64,000 bases of DNA from Podarcis filfolensis (Eukaryota). The position numbers and the translations under genes were made by a program. This document shows, in pieces, positions 26,630-40,513 of the stretch. The first letter of the stretch is position 1; each line of letters opens with the position of its first letter. The notes below the pieces were generated by a model. The model ran no database searches. It saw nothing but the letters and a program-made list of their open reading frames with translations, and was not told the DNA's origin. Location of the stretch: the NCBI GenBank assembly GCA_964270895.1, contig OZ185437.1. One strand, given 5' to 3'.

Positions 26630-26712
26630 TGCAACCCTACACACACTTAGTAAGGCGTAAGCCGCATTGAACTCAGTGGGATTTCTAAATCCACATGCAC
26701 AGGATTGTACTG
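26630..26712. repeat. Short squamate interspersed repeat (caatccta...gtaagcc.cattgaactcagtggg...aggattg)
   Basis: Related degenerate copy near 28980-29035; family recognised from memory only. Confidence 0.5.
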
Positions 26713-28539
26713 TTAAGGTTTGCTAATTAAAATAGTAAACAACCAGACATGAATGCTCATTTCTATTTCCAAAATTTAAAAAGTCAAGAAACTTAACCAC
26801 TATTATATGTAGAAGCAGCCTTCCTAAATCAGTTCATGTGAAGGCTATTTAATGTAGTGTAAGTAGATATACGTATTGGCCAACAAAGTCCTCTAGTCCT
26901 CAATCTTTTTTTATTCTGGTCTAGTCTGTGAATAATAATGGCAGTAATCCTTCTGATTACGTTTTCTATTATACCCAAAGATTCAAAATAAAAGAAGACT
27001 GTAAGTCCTGTTGTTTCCAATGGGACTTTAAAAAAAAGTAAAAGCTACGAATCACAGCCTCCAGTAACTTTTGCTCACACCTAAACACATTTATTAGGAA
27101 ATAGTTGAACTCATTTAGTCTTGGAGTGCTCCAGTTACACGTTCTGAAGTTTGGAAATTAAAGAAAACCATTCACTACACCACCCGACTACAGCAAGCAA
27201 GCAAACCCAGATGAAGCTTGTTCTGTAAAGTAAGTTAAGATTTAGTTAAATTCAAAAAGCAGACCAGACATCACAAAGGAAATGGTTTTTGAAACTTAGA
27301 GCAGTTTGTTATATGCTGCAGACACCAGCCATTTAAAGAAAGAAACAGCCACCAAAATTTTCACTGGGTGAAAGCAAGCTGCTTATGTGAATCTAAAGAG
27401 TTATTTGGAGCCTAATATGCTGACATCCTTATATGGCGAACAAAAGCAAGATGCATAGAAATTATATTAATCACAGGCTTTTTCTTAACAAAAAAACTTC
27501 CTCTGGTCCTTTATTATCTGCAGCTCAGCTAGACCCAACACACATTACTTTGTTAAGAAATGGTTTTAGAGCTGCCATTCTAAGGAAGTTCCCTTGAAAT
27601 CAATGTGATTACTCCCATAAGCAGGGGTTTAAGGACCAGTATATAGATTGGCTTAAATCTAAGTACTGGGGAACATTGTTTCTTCTGTCACTGGCAAAAA
27701 CAAATTTTTAAAGAAGGATATAGATTTCAAAATTTTATACAGAATAAAAACCTGCAAAAACTAAAGTATGCAGGGCTTCTTTTTCTGAATCAGTTACTAT
27801 TTATTTTCTTTAAAAGGAGATAATTAGTTTGGGAAAAGAAAACATATATTGGTATTCTAGCAGAAATATACTCCAGTATATTGAAAATGACCGAAGTTCT
27901 ATAATAAAAATCCCTTAAATCTTGTCACTATAAAATAAGCCTTGCAACTTTTGATGAAAATTAACACTCGTTTTGTAAAGAGCACATTGGGGGATTGCAG
28001 TCAAAGCCTTATCTTTAGTTCCAGTCAACTAGCAATCCTGAAAGAGTTTGCATCATCATCAGAGGAAGCCATTTGATAGGATTCTACTGCTGAACCTAAT
28101 CAATCTATGGAATNNNNNNNNNNNNNNNNNNNNNNNNNNNNNNNNNNNNNNNNNNNNNNNNNNNNNNNNNNNNNNNNNNNNNNNNNNNNNNNNNNNNNNN
28201 NNNNNNNNNNNNNNNNNNNNNNNNNNNNNNNNNNNNNNNNNNNNNNNNNNNNNNNNNNNNNNNNNNNNNNNNNNNNCACCCACTTCAAACTCGAAGCCAA
28301 GAATGAATCAAGATGTACACATTTCTAAAGGAGATCTATTTGTTGGGTAGAAAAATGAACACACGCCACTCCTAAGGTGTGTAAAACATGAACTTCAGCT
28401 GTTCTAAGGAGGCATTAAATTTTAACAAGTGGCGCAATGCATGCAAGAAGGTGGCTGGAACCCAAAGCTCCTCAATACTCAGCTGGTGACTACTCTATGT
28501 TTTATACTTTGTTTTCATGAGACAGCCTTATTCTGCATT

Positions 28540-28742
28540 GGTTTTCGGGTCCCTTTAGCCTCGCAATAAGATATTTGAGGGGGCTAGCCAGTCAACCTCA
28601 CAGAGCTATTTTGGTGATTAAAAATGGGGTGAGGGGTGGGTGGGAATAAACAGTTTCACCAGCACTAGGTACCTACGTTGCTAGAATCGGGGCTGAGATT
28701 TATCTGCCCCCCCCAATATTTTATTCAAGTTGGTGCTCCTGA
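28540..28742. mobile_element. hAT-like MITE copy
   Basis: Shares atatttgagggggc and aatattttattcaagttgg with 1034-1224. Confidence 0.55.
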
Positions 28743-29357
28743 TCATCAAGAAATATGTGCTGTCGTTTTGTTACAACACGTAACCAGATTATATGTTGAC
28801 CTGTGGCTTTTGCTGGGATGGCAGTACTGCTTGTAAAAATAAGAATAATCTATGGCCAAAAGAAAACCAGAATGTGGTTGGTCAGGCCTGTATTCTGTGT
28901 GAAAAGCTTCAACACCCCAAAATGATGTTCTATTGCAAATGTCTCCATTTTAATCACTGGCTAACAGGTTCACTGAGACTGCAATCCTATGTACACTCAC
29001 TTGGAAGTAAGCCACAACTGGATTCAATGGGGTTGTGTGATTCTGTGTGATGGGAGTTGGTTTAAGACTGTGAATGCATCCCACAGAAACCAAACCTGTC
29101 CTTGGATATACATCTGATTATATATGCCATTCAGATAAGTTTCCATCTATATCCATAGAGGGGGGTGCAAAATTCCATGGAAATAAGGCATTCCCTGCCT
29201 CCAGTGTTTCTCTCTGTTAGTTGTGCTACAGTGTTGAATGAAGAAAACATGTAATCAGCATCTCAGGAATTGCTAAGACTTGTTTCAGTTTAGGGTGAAA
29301 TGCACCAAAAGCACAACGTTGCACAGCTGCCTCTCTCCTTACACTCTACCCCAGTCC

Positions 29358-29540
29358 CATAGAAAGCAAACTCCTTGGGACCGTGGGGGCTTCGGTCCCC
29401 ACAATAAAATATTTGAGGGGGCCAGGCCTCCACGAAGCTGATGGGCATTCCCATTCAAGTGGTGTATGTGCACAGTGTCATTTGATCAATTATGCGGGCT
29501 TACATGGGCCCCCACAATATTTTATTCAAGTTGCCCTGTC
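29358..29540. mobile_element. hAT-like MITE copy
   Basis: Collinear with 1034-1224 (gatgggcatt...tgatc.attatgc...ggcttac...ttttattcaagttg). Confidence 0.65.
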
Positions 29541-30112
29541 CCTTAGATCAATGGATGAAACCATCTGTTGATGGCGCCACATGCCACGGCAATAAGGCAT
29601 GCTGTGACTTGAGCAGGTGCTTTTAGTGCTGTGGCACCAGTTCTCTGAAATTTTCTTCCCTTAGAAGTGAAACAAGCCCCAATTTTGTGGTTTCAGTGTT
29701 TGTTGAAGATGTTGCTTAAAATTAGTGTATTTTATTTCTGGAGTTTCAAATTCTTGTTGGCTTTTTTGTTTTAACACTGTTAAATTTATGTATTTAACTT
29801 TTTATATTGGTTTAATGTTTAATTGTACAGTACTGTGTTTCATATTTTTATATTTTATTGTCAGGTAGAGTTGGTTTTTACTCATCACTTTATGGAGAAG
29901 TGCCTCAAAAAGTGGGGTATGCCATTTAAAAGAAAAAATATAAAAATAGTGTATGGAATGATAAGCCAAACCATGGCTTAGCACGAGTGAGTGAGCAGGC
30001 AGGCAGATGCTCCAGTCCTACTGCTTCTTTGCTGCCTGGAGCCATTGTTTGGCTTAGCTTCAAACAAACTATGAGCTGTAGACAAGGTTTGTTCTTGGCT
30101 TACTGCTTATGG

Positions 30113-30156
30113 TTTGTTTGTTTGTTTGTTTGTTTGTGTTTGTTTGTGTGTGTGTG
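30113..30156. repeat. (GTTT)n/(GT)n microsatellite
   Basis: Seen directly. Confidence 0.85.
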
Positions 30157-30382
30157 TTTTTTTTTGGGGGGGGGGAGTACAAATCAGATATAATGCCAAA
30201 TCATAGCTTAGTTCTGGGTATCATGGCAGCAGCAGAACTGGAGGATGAGCAAAGTAGCTGCAATTTTTGAAGTGACCACCTTTCTTTATGCTTGTGCAAC
30301 TGGGCCAATGTTACATTTATGCTGCAGATGGACAACCCACTTAATATATTCAGAACAGCACCATTAACCTGTTAAACTAGAT

Positions 30383-30638
30383 CAGGGGTCAGCACGGGGG
30401 TTGTTTTACTGGCCCCCGAACCGAGCCGCCCTCTTGGCAAGTCCCCGTGCGCTGCGCTAAACCGACACAGCGCGGCATGGGGACTCACTTCTGCAGTGCC
30501 AGAAATCGTGTCTGTGTAGATGCAGACACCGGAAATCGCAGGTGCGCCCACTCACGCGCCCCCACCTACAATCCAGCCCACGGAGGGGGCTCTGCAGCAG
30601 TGAACTGGGCCAGGCAAGGTAAGCCTTGCCGACCCCTG
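30383..30638. mobile_element. hAT-Charlie-like MITE
   Basis: TIR CAGGGGTCAGCA...TGCCGACCCCTG; 8-bp TSD AACTAGAT/AAATAAAT (6/8). Confidence 0.8.
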
Positions 30639-32002
30639 AAATAAATGAAACATAACTAACTTAAGAGGATCTTGGTGGCAGAAGGGGAGTGGGTAACTTT
30701 GAGAATCTAGTAGAATAATATAAATAGCATTTAAATGTTAAGGCATAAACAACAACACTATTCAACTTTTGAAAAGCCCTCCAGATGTTGTTGCTGATGT
30801 TATTATTACTACCACTTATTGTAATGATGTCTCTAGTACATATTTTTAAAAAGAAAAATATGTTTTGCTGTTTTCAGGCCTGCATAAACCTGCTTCATGT
30901 CCTTCAAAAGCTAACTCAGTGTTACTTCACACTTTTACTTAAGAAGCCCCCAAACTTCAAAGACTTAGAAGTCTCCCAAAAGACACCTTCTAGATGCCTG
31001 GGCCCAAAGTTTTATTTTCTTTTGAACATTTTGTTATTGTTGCTGTCAAATCCCTCTTTAGAAAGCAATAAACATGTTAAGGGTTTATATTTTTTTCAGG
31101 ATTCCTGTAATTCTTGAGTTTTGTCAAAAAGCTACAAAGAGGTGGATTAGAAAGCTACCTGACACCTCACGCCTTTCCCTCCCAAACTCATGCTTTCAGT
31201 CTCTAAACTAATTAGAATTGATTCATTATGGATCAGGTACCTTATCAGGTGAAGAAAGAAATTACCATGGACAGTCAAAGGGTTAAGAGGTCAATACAGA
31301 ATAGCAAAATCAATTTGCATTGATTAGACAAAAGGTCCATTTTACAGAGCCCAGAGGATTAACTTTTAAGCAAACATCTTTGAACTGTAAAGGCAGAATA
31401 TGTGGCTGAAAACTACAAGTAGAACAGCTTTATAAAGAAACCTAGCATATTTAAATAACAAAATAAGGTAAAGCAGTAGTTTAACCTATCTGGATGTTTA
31501 CTTTTATTATAAATCATCCTTTGGATTATTGTACAGTTCTTTAAAAGCATTAGGAAGAGGAGACCATTGTTTATCCCTTATGTCAATCTGCTCATGAGTA
31601 TTCATTCCAGTGAAGTGAGTGGCTGCTTAGAAAGATACAGAGAATCTAGAAAATATACGTGCAAAGGGTTCCACTAATGCTGTCATTTTCTCTGAAAAAA
31701 TGTTTTACTTGACATGTGCATGATATTTTTATAATGATGATGGGTGGGGTCTATTTTTTCTATGGAAGTACTGTTGCGAACAAATATTTAAGATGTAAAA
31801 ATAATTAATCTGATGTGTCATTTCTTCTATTTTTGCACTGAGGCAAAACCAGTGCTGTGTGTCAGAGCTTATGCTATTTAGAGAAATAAATAAATGAAAA
31901 GTTCCTAATTGATCTAGAAGGGGTCACACAGCATTTTTGGTTTGTATCTAAAAGCAGAATACTTTCACAGACAGAAGCCTAAACATTCAAAACATTTCTT
32001 AC

Positions 32003-32076
32003 CTTCAATGGCAAGCATTGCTCTCAGCTCCCTGTTCAACAGTTCGTACCGCCTCTCTAGGTCATGCTCCTTTTCC
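32003..32076 (-). CDS. EHBP1: EHBP1 exon, bMERB domain (EKEHDLERRYELLNRELRAMLAIE)
   Basis: 74 nt; acceptor gcctag|, donor |gtaaga; in phase. Confidence 0.97.
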
Positions 32077-32410
32077 CTAGGCAAGTTGCAAAAGTTCATC
32101 AATATGTTAATTACTAAATCATTAAACGTTTAAAAGAACCTTTAATTTACATTGATTTTTTTGGACTCAGTTAGGACTATAGGTTTAAGCTACTCTAAAT
32201 AAATGATACACGAGAACAAAGGATTAAGAAGTTGTACTGCTGGATGAACGTTCAGCAAAAGGCCTGGATGGAGCTGAGGAGGCTGGGTCTCCTTGTGGGT
32301 CGCTGGGCAAGAGAAGCAGAGCAGGAAAATCCTTGGTTGCATTCCTAAGGTGGTCTGAGGAGCAGGGGAGAGCTTGATCCCTACATTTAAGGGGAAAGCG
32401 GACTTCCCTC

Positions 32411-32548
32411 CAGCGGTTCCCAACCTGTGGGTCCCCAGATGTTGCTGGACTACAACTCCCATCATCCCTGAGCTCTGGCCTTGCTAGCTAGGGGTGATGG
32501 GAGTTGTAGTTCAACAACATCTGGGGACCCACAGGTTGAGAAAGGCTG
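32411..32548. mobile_element. Palindromic hAT-type MITE
   Basis: Near-perfect fold-back: cagcggttcccaacctgtgggtccccagatgttg...caacatctggggacccacaggttgagaaaggctg. Confidence 0.85.
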
Positions 32549-32675
32549 CAACTCTGTTTGTAGCACCACCCTCCCTCCCCATGTGCTTCAGGGTTGCCAC
32601 TAGGGGGCCAGGCAGGAATTTTTCCCAGTCTGCATTTTGGATCACAGATTGGTTTTTTGTCTACTTCACAATGAA

Positions 32676-32800
32676 TATTTTATTTATTTGTTTATTGAAT
32701 TTATATACTGCCCTATACCCGGAGGTATCAGGGTGGTTCACAGAACAAAATCAAAAAATAAAATCACAATATATATAATCAAACAACAACAACAACAACC
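32676..32800 (-). mobile_element. L2-type LINE/SINE 3' tail
   Basis: tttatttatt...atatactgccctatacccggaggtatcagggtggttcac matches the reverse complement of squamate L2 tails as recalled. Confidence 0.6.
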
Positions 32801-33076
32801 CAATAGAAGAAGAATGCTAGATGGACTGCTGTGTTGTTTAATTAGGCTAATTTTCTGGATTTGGTCATTTTTGGCAGTTTAGGTGAGGGAAAAGAAATAG
32901 TTTGGTTTAGCCTGGTGACGTCCTTTAGGCACCTTTCAGTTGGTGGACTGGCTCCAAGGCTCACTTATCGGACTCTGTAGTTTAGAGGGCAAGACTCCCT
33001 TATACACCTGGGATTCTGCGGTCCTAGAGGGTGGGGACTAGGGAATCAGGGCAGGCTAGGGAGCCATGTCCTAGTT

Positions 33077-33260
33077 CAGAGCTTTCCAAAGTGTGTGTCG
33101 CGACATGTTAGTGTGTCGGCTGCAATGTGTAGGTGTGTCCTTCTGGATCTGGAAAGGGGTTAGTTTAACTTCTGGTTTGCTAGTAAAACTGAATTACTGT
33201 GTTGTGAAATGATGCATGTCTAAAATGTGTGTCACAGCATTAAAAGTTTGGAAAGCTCTG
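33077..33260. mobile_element. hAT MITE (CAGAGCTTTCCAAA TIR family)
   Basis: 14-bp perfect TIR; second copy at 57645-57843. Confidence 0.85.
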
Positions 33261-35147
33261 CAGGCAAGGGTAAGTCGTCCAATGGCTATAGTTATACAGG
33301 TAAGGTGGTTTCCGCCCCATAGTCATCCTCCTCTGCTAATTTCAGTTTAAGGTCTAAATAAAAGCGGCCCATTCAACCCTAGCTTATGTGTCTGCCTCTT
33401 TATTTGCCTATTGGGATGCAGGTTCATTTACTTTAAAGGATTTTCTTCTACTCTCGAACATCATTGCTCCATAGGACATAATACATTGTCTTCAGAGTTA
33501 ACAGATGAATGGAGGCATTAGATGTAAAATAATACGCTGAAGTAGAAGGAACCACATATATTAATACTCAGGGTTCAAATGTGGAATTGGGTTCACCAGA
33601 TGTGGTTCTGCAGCCTTCTACCACTGAATGCTTTGTCCTCAGAGAAGAGTGGTCCACTTATTCTGCAGCCACAGGCAATCTGGCTGCATATCTGTCTGTA
33701 AGGAGCAAGGCTTCTGGGCCAGAGGGTGGTCTCAGCACCACTCTTTTTAGAAATATGTAAGTTAATACTGACAGTAAACAATAAATACTGAAGAACTGTA
33801 GAAAGTGTCATAATAGCCCTGGCAACCTCAAAGACAAATGCCAAAAGCAGCAATCTACATAATACTGCTCTACAGCAATAGACATTTATTCCTAGGTGCC
33901 TTGCACAGGATCCATACTCAGTGGAATGTGCATCTGGAAACCATCAACCTTTCCTTATTTCTGAAAGGGTCTCAGAAATCTTCAGAATGGGATTGCTCTC
34001 CCTTGCCTGTGGTGACATAGCTTCATCTGAAGTTCACTAAAGTCTTCTTCCACTCCTTATCCCTGGTCAGCTATTGGGTCAAGGCCCACTGTCCCTTTTT
34101 TAATGCCATCCACAGGCAGTGGTATTGGGTGCTAGGCAGTTCAGCTGATCATTTGGACCATGATTATGAAGCTGAGAAAAAGTGTTGGGGCTGAGTGTTC
34201 CTCCTTAGCCCTAGATCATATACTGGCTTGTTAACTGACAGTTGCCTGCTTTGGACATAGTGCAGAACTTTTTTGGGAAACTAAGATGCAAAGTGGGAAA
34301 GAAGGAACAGTTTGTCCCATGCTGGTTTTTTGTGCCTGCACAACTATCCAGGCCAAAGCAGCATACGTGCCTGTTGCGAGAACAGAAGATACCTGGGAGC
34401 CACAAGCAGAGAGAGAAGGCAATATTGGGCTAGCGGGAAATATTTGATATAGGATGGTTTCTTATACTCTTTGTAATGTGTGAACAGAAACTTTATGTTT
34501 ACCTCTCAGCCACATTCCCTGCACTAGCCTGCACAGACGGTTTCTGCATCTGGCAGAGGCTAGATAAAAAGGCCCACTTCAGAGATTACAAGGAAGGACA
34601 GAAGATGCAAGTCACTTGCACTCCTTGCTCCCTGAAGCCATTTCTAAAAAGCACACTTTCCCAGATTTTCACATTTCTAGCACGCAATTTAATTTAAGTG
34701 CATGTCATTTGCATATTACTCTAATGCAATTTATTCATTAGCTCTCAGTAACATAAAAAATAGGAAATTTATCTGCCGTCCATTGTCCCCTCCCCTCTTT
34801 TTCCGCACACCACAATCCTATTGATTCAGCCTATAGGTGATACTGCACAAGTGATACTACACAGTGTTATTCTGCTTGTAAGCAGTTTCCCCCTTCAATT
34901 CAGTGGCGATGTGTGTGTGAATTACATCCGGGTCTCTAACATGCAAAGGCATCTGTAAATCTTTTGATTAAGGCTGAATATGCAGGTCCTGGAACCATTC
35001 ATTTTCATGTTCTAAATTTAGGATCAGGCCATTATGCTTACAAAATTGTGTGCTTCAAAAGTTTCTGACTGAAATGCTGAAAAATCTGTCCTACAGAAAG
35101 AAAGCAGAAAGGTTCAACAGTTTTGGCCAATCAGTATATATACTCAC

Positions 35148-35247
35148 AGCAGGGAGAGTTGATTCATCCTCCTTATTAAGGCATTCTTCTTATTGACCAA
35201 CATGAACCATTCTTGCATCATAGCTTCTTCTTCCTCAGTGTTTCTCC
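35148..35247 (-). CDS. EHBP1: EHBP1 exon, bMERB domain ((G)[32 protein letters not shown](L))
   Basis: 100 nt; acceptor aaacag|, donor |gtgagt; in phase. The next upstream exon was not found in the window. Confidence 0.97.
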
Positions 35248-37792
35248 CTGTTTTAAAAACACATATAAACTTACGCAAGAAGATTAACACAGAGATAAAC
35301 CTGAACTTTTTCTCTCATAGGTTATCTAGATGATAACAACACTATAAATATGAAATATATATTTATAGATTTCTGGGGTGGGGGATGCAATGTAGTTGTT
35401 AGTGCCCAAAGAGCCATGAGCAGCCTGACACACATGCACAAGGACCTCTTAATTTCCTTTGCTCTGCAGTGCTCCACAAGGCCTCCAGAGCTGCTCTCAA
35501 AGCCAGGGGGGCCATACTGCTGGAGGGGGAAACGGGCCCCGTGCACATGCAACAGACCTCTTGGTTCTGGCTCAGAGGTGAACATTGTTTTCAAAAGTTA
35601 TTACGGATGTTACTTTTCCAAGAAAAAATCTGCCAAACTCAAGTGTCAAAACGGTCAGAGATTAGTCTAATGGGAGAAGCATTAATACTCAATATACTAA
35701 TAAGCCTCCCAGAAGCCTTTGTGTTATTCTAGAACAGCCATTTTAAAATCATGTCTATATTCTAATCAATTTAAGTTTTTATCTGATTTTTTATGTGTAG
35801 AAAATTCAAAACCAGGGTTCAGAGTCACTTGTGAAAACAAAGGCATGCTAAGTCTTCAACCTGGTTTGAGACAGTTCTAACTGACAAGTATAAATTATTT
35901 CCTCACTTCTAGAAAACTCACCCAATCATTCTTACATGCAAATGTATGCCTACAATGAACTTTTAGTGTACTAGAGTTGATATTTTTACCATCCTAATTT
36001 TAGTTTTGAGAATGCTTCCAACATAGTGGCAATGGTTGTAGTAAATAATGATAAATAAATAACTGTGTTTAACAGAGCAATCCTAGTGAAATGAGATTTA
36101 CTCTTAGGTCAGATTGTATAGGATTATTGTCTATGGTATGTCACACATATGATTTTTAAGTGCTTGTGAAATAGCCTAGCATTAATATTCACACCGCAGA
36201 CTGCAATGAAGACCAAGAGAACAGTGGCTTATCTAAAACTATCTAATGACTTGAACCCAGCACTCTCTACCACAGGTTCTTAATCATGACATTCATCAAG
36301 ATTGTTTTGGTTGGAATTTTGCAATCTAAACATGTGGAACTCAAAACTCCCAAAGTAATTTGCCAACAGATTTCTCTTTTGTAACAGAATGATGAGGTAA
36401 CAGAAGTGGGAGGTAAGCACTTGAGGAGGAATCCTTTAACAAGCACATATAGAAAGTGGTGATGTCACACTGCTTCTCTGAACAGGCATGAAGGTGGCAA
36501 AAGTCTATGTGGAAACTGATTTTTAAGTTGTACCTGTATATTGGCAAAAATGACTTTTATTATGAGGTTTTTTAAAAAAAACAAACCATACCACATGTTT
36601 ATTTTAAATTAACTACAATTCAAAATAAATTCATTTTACTGTGAAATATTTAAGGGCTTCACAACTTCATAATAGCTGAAGCTGGTAAAACCTGTGTGGT
36701 GGCCTTATTCCATTACGGAGGAGAAGTGGGGTCCAGTTGGACCAGTGAAGAGTCACTGTATGAAGGATTTCCTGCAGGAGTTTCCTTCTCCCATTGCACA
36801 AGGTGGGGGTGAATGTACGAAATTCACACATGATTGCTGACAGTCCCAGTTAAATTATGTGAATGGTAAAAACTAAGATGTACTTCCCCAGTTTGGGGAT
36901 ATATGCAAATCAATACTGACAAGGACGTAAAGGTGCCTGCTAATATTCACTGGTGCATCTCCAATTTTGGGGAAGTGGGATGCTCACAGAATTAACTGAC
37001 TAATTCATCTGGGTTGTCCTAACACTGAATGCCAACATTCAGCAAAATTTGGAAATGCTTTGTAACATCTGTACTAGATTAGCAAGAGAAATGTCTTGGA
37101 CTTCTCAACAGTCCTTAACCTATTGTAACATATGTAGTTCTCAAGATTAAAATGGAAGGTGACAAAATAGCTAATCAAGTTTTAAGACTCCTTCTATAAT
37201 TAAAATTCATGTGCCGCAAAAGTATGTTGGCTAGTTATAAATAATGGTTCTGGGTTACTTATTCTTCCTTTGATATTGACTCACTCTGTGATCTCATAGA
37301 CGAATCTCTCTCTGTATCTCAGCTTTCAATCTGAAGTGTAACATTTTGACACTTGTGCAAGTGCTAATTGATGTTTACTATGTGTCCTGCAATCATCTAA
37401 TGAAATGTGTTATATAAAAGTAGCTATATGCATTTGACACAGTTCTCCCTCAATAAAAGCTAAAACCAATGTATGGCAAAAATTATTTGCTCTGAGACCA
37501 AATATTTTCCACATTTACCTTTGCTCCACAATGTATATTTGGACACAGTAGGCTGGAATGCAGTTGATTCCATTACTACACTACAACCAGCTTTGGGAAG
37601 GAGGCACGAGGGCTCCAGCATCCCGTCACAGACCTCCTTCCCAAATCCTGGGAAGCTTCTGCCCAGCTTAGAGAGGGAAGCGCGTTGCTGACGTGAGCAA
37701 TATCGGGATGTCAGGTCCCCACCTTGCCCTCGCAAGCTGCTGCCCCTGATCCTAACTCTTCCCCTATTAAAAATTTTGCCACACGCCACCGG

Positions 37793-38322
37793 CACCCTGT
37801 ACTCGCAGTGGCCAACCAGAGGCAAAGCACCTCGGATACTGGTGATATAACATAGCCATTGTGCTATGATAGCCTTCTTCTGCATGAATTTGTCTAACCC
37901 CCTTCCAAGTTGGTGACCATCACTACACTTTGTGATAATCAACTCCATTTGAAGTGTGAAGAAGTATCTCCTTTTGTCTGTCCTCAATTTTTCAGCGTTT
38001 AGCTTCAATGGATGACTCTAAGCTTCAGTATTATGATAGAGAAAAACTATTCACTTCTTCTACATTTTGCATAAACTTAAGCTTTCCCCCCTCAAACAGA
38101 AAAGCCCCAAATATTGTAACCTTCTTTATAGATAAATTGCTCCAGCCCCATTATTATTTTGGTAGCTCTTTTCTGCACACCTTTCCTATCTCTACAATAT
38201 CCTTTTTTGAGGTGCAGCAATTAGACTTGTACACAGTTATGAAACAGGTTTCTATAATGGCATTATGGTGCTGGCAGCTTTATTTTCAATTCTTTCCCCT
38301 AATGATCTCTAACATGGAATAG
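37793..38322 (-). mobile_element. CR1 LINE 3' fragment (degraded ORF2 end plus 3'UTR)
   Basis: MKLNAEKLRTDKRRYFFT...RGLDKFM and HLKKDIVE motifs typical of the CR1 ORF2 C-terminus; gcagtggccaaccaga 3'UTR motif. Confidence 0.85.
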
Positions 38323-40513
38323 CGGTAGAAAAGGCATCAGAGGTGTGGGAGAGTTGATTTTGTAGTAGAGAGGAGGGATAATGGTGGGGGAGATGGCCAA
38401 AGAATGGGACTAAAGCAGTATGTGGAAGGGTTGGATGAGGACAGCAGGGCAGTCAGCATCAACGGAGACACGAAAGGGGGAGAGGAAGCAGGCAGGACAA
38501 GAAGGGAGGATAGATCAGAGCAGATGGTTTTTATTCTAGCATATTAATATGTCAACTTTCAAACCTGTTACTACACATGTACAAAGTGCCACTGTCTTCT
38601 CACTAAAAGCCAGCAATTATTCTCAGCCCATTGAATGACAGCTTCCACATCTAGCTATGTTTTCCACACAAGACTGACTCCATAACTCTTATTTAGAAAT
38701 TAAGTCGTACAACATGACATAAATTTTTGAATTCATGCAATGTTCACACCTACATATCCCACTGCCCAGAAACTAAACAAACACACAAAAACTTTTAAAA
38801 TGTTGCATACAGTTTTCCTCCACTCAGAAATCAATTTACCTTTTCATTTTCCAAAACACATCCTTTTCTAAATTGAAAGAACAAAGTATTCTAATCAATA
38901 GACAAAATAATGATGATTGTTTCATTTGAGCCATGGCACATTGGAGCATAGCAGAATGTATTTGCAATGCATGATGGTTCAGTTCTGAAAATGTGAGGTG
39001 ATAATCTCTGCTTGTATGCAGAGTATATCATGCCAGTGGGTAATCATAATCAGCACCTGCTATGTCTGAGATTACGGAGAATATCTTCCAGATTTGGGGA
39101 GGGATGGGGAGTCAAGTCAATGTGATATCTAGAGAGGCTCATATACAAAACTTTTTATTTTAGAAATTTACTGACAAGCTCACAAAAAAGCAAGGAAATA
39201 AGAAACTCCCTTACACTCCCCACCCACAAAGAATCTCTCTTCCCAAGACACACAGACTAATTACTAGGGTAAGAGAGCTGGGGGGTGGTGGAAATCACAT
39301 CTGGCAACCAAAGTGGCCCTTTGGTTTCAGATAGTACATGAATAGATGAGTCTAAAAAGCCCGGGACACAAATTTTCACGCCCCTCTAGCGGCTATGGCA
39401 GCTCATTTACTAGAACTAATGTATTTAGCGTTAACTCTGAAAGTGTACACTCGATTCTGACCAAGCTAAGCCTTCTGATGTATATTTTGCTCTTAGAAAT
39501 GCTCTTAAAAAACCTGTGGAATTGCAGGTGGTTCAGATGAATGTGCCCTGCCACTCCCCTCAGCTGCAGCTTTTGAGTGATGCAGGGAAATAGTTAATGC
39601 AGTTTGCTGCAACACGTACGCCTGGCACCTACCATTTGAGAGTACTGCAGTTCTCTGAAAGGTGGAGCCCTATCTGATCTTTTCATTGAGCAACCACAGG
39701 TCATTACTGAGGACAGCTAATGGTTGCTGCAGATGTGTAACCCAACCCATGAACTTGACACCTAGGCTTCTGTCACCTATTAAGGTCTGATGGACGATTT
39801 TTGCTCAGTCACTTTGTTCAGGGGAGTGGATTTGTCAACTTGTAATTGTTTTTAGACCTGATGACCTGGAACTGAAATTTGAAGAGCAGTCCAACAGAGA
39901 CCTGTTGGGATAATTTCTACTTTAGAAGCCTTCTGGAGATAGCAGAGGGGGAATATGTCACAATTTATTGTAGATGAGTTAGTTACTCTGAATTTAGGCA
40001 CCCGCTCTCTACTATGGACATTCAGAGGGCTCATAGGATCTTGGGTTCAGGAGGCTGCATATGAATCGCTCCCAGGAATACAGTGTTTAGGTCTGAATGC
40101 TACTGGCAAAAATAGCTGATTTTTAAAAGCTAAAAATCAGAAGCTAAAATATGACAAAACCACCCTGGAGGTGTTCTAATACATCTGTCCCAAGACTCTG
40201 AGCAGGAGGTGTGCTTTCTGCCCTTATACAGCAGCAGTGAAGGCAGCTGGATTTCCTTACCGGTGGGTGAGTCCCAATTAAATTAATAGTGTTTCCCAAA
40301 GTGGGTGATACTGCCCCCTGGGGGGTGCTGGAACAATTGGGGGGGAGCAGCCTCAGGTGCATTTGGGGAGCATTGAATAAAAACAAAGAGGGTGGAAGCA
40401 TAAAGAAAAAAGCAATAGTTTTGGACTGAGCTTAGTTGTGCAGTGCAGAGAGCTGATTGGCCAGAGAAAAAGTGAGAGACAGAAATGTCTCTAAGTTCAA
40501 CTGGAAGGATAAT

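Noticed and set aside
39376-39395. CTCF-like CCGCTAGAGGGGCG on -
   Set aside because: Mismatch at the key C of the core GGC.
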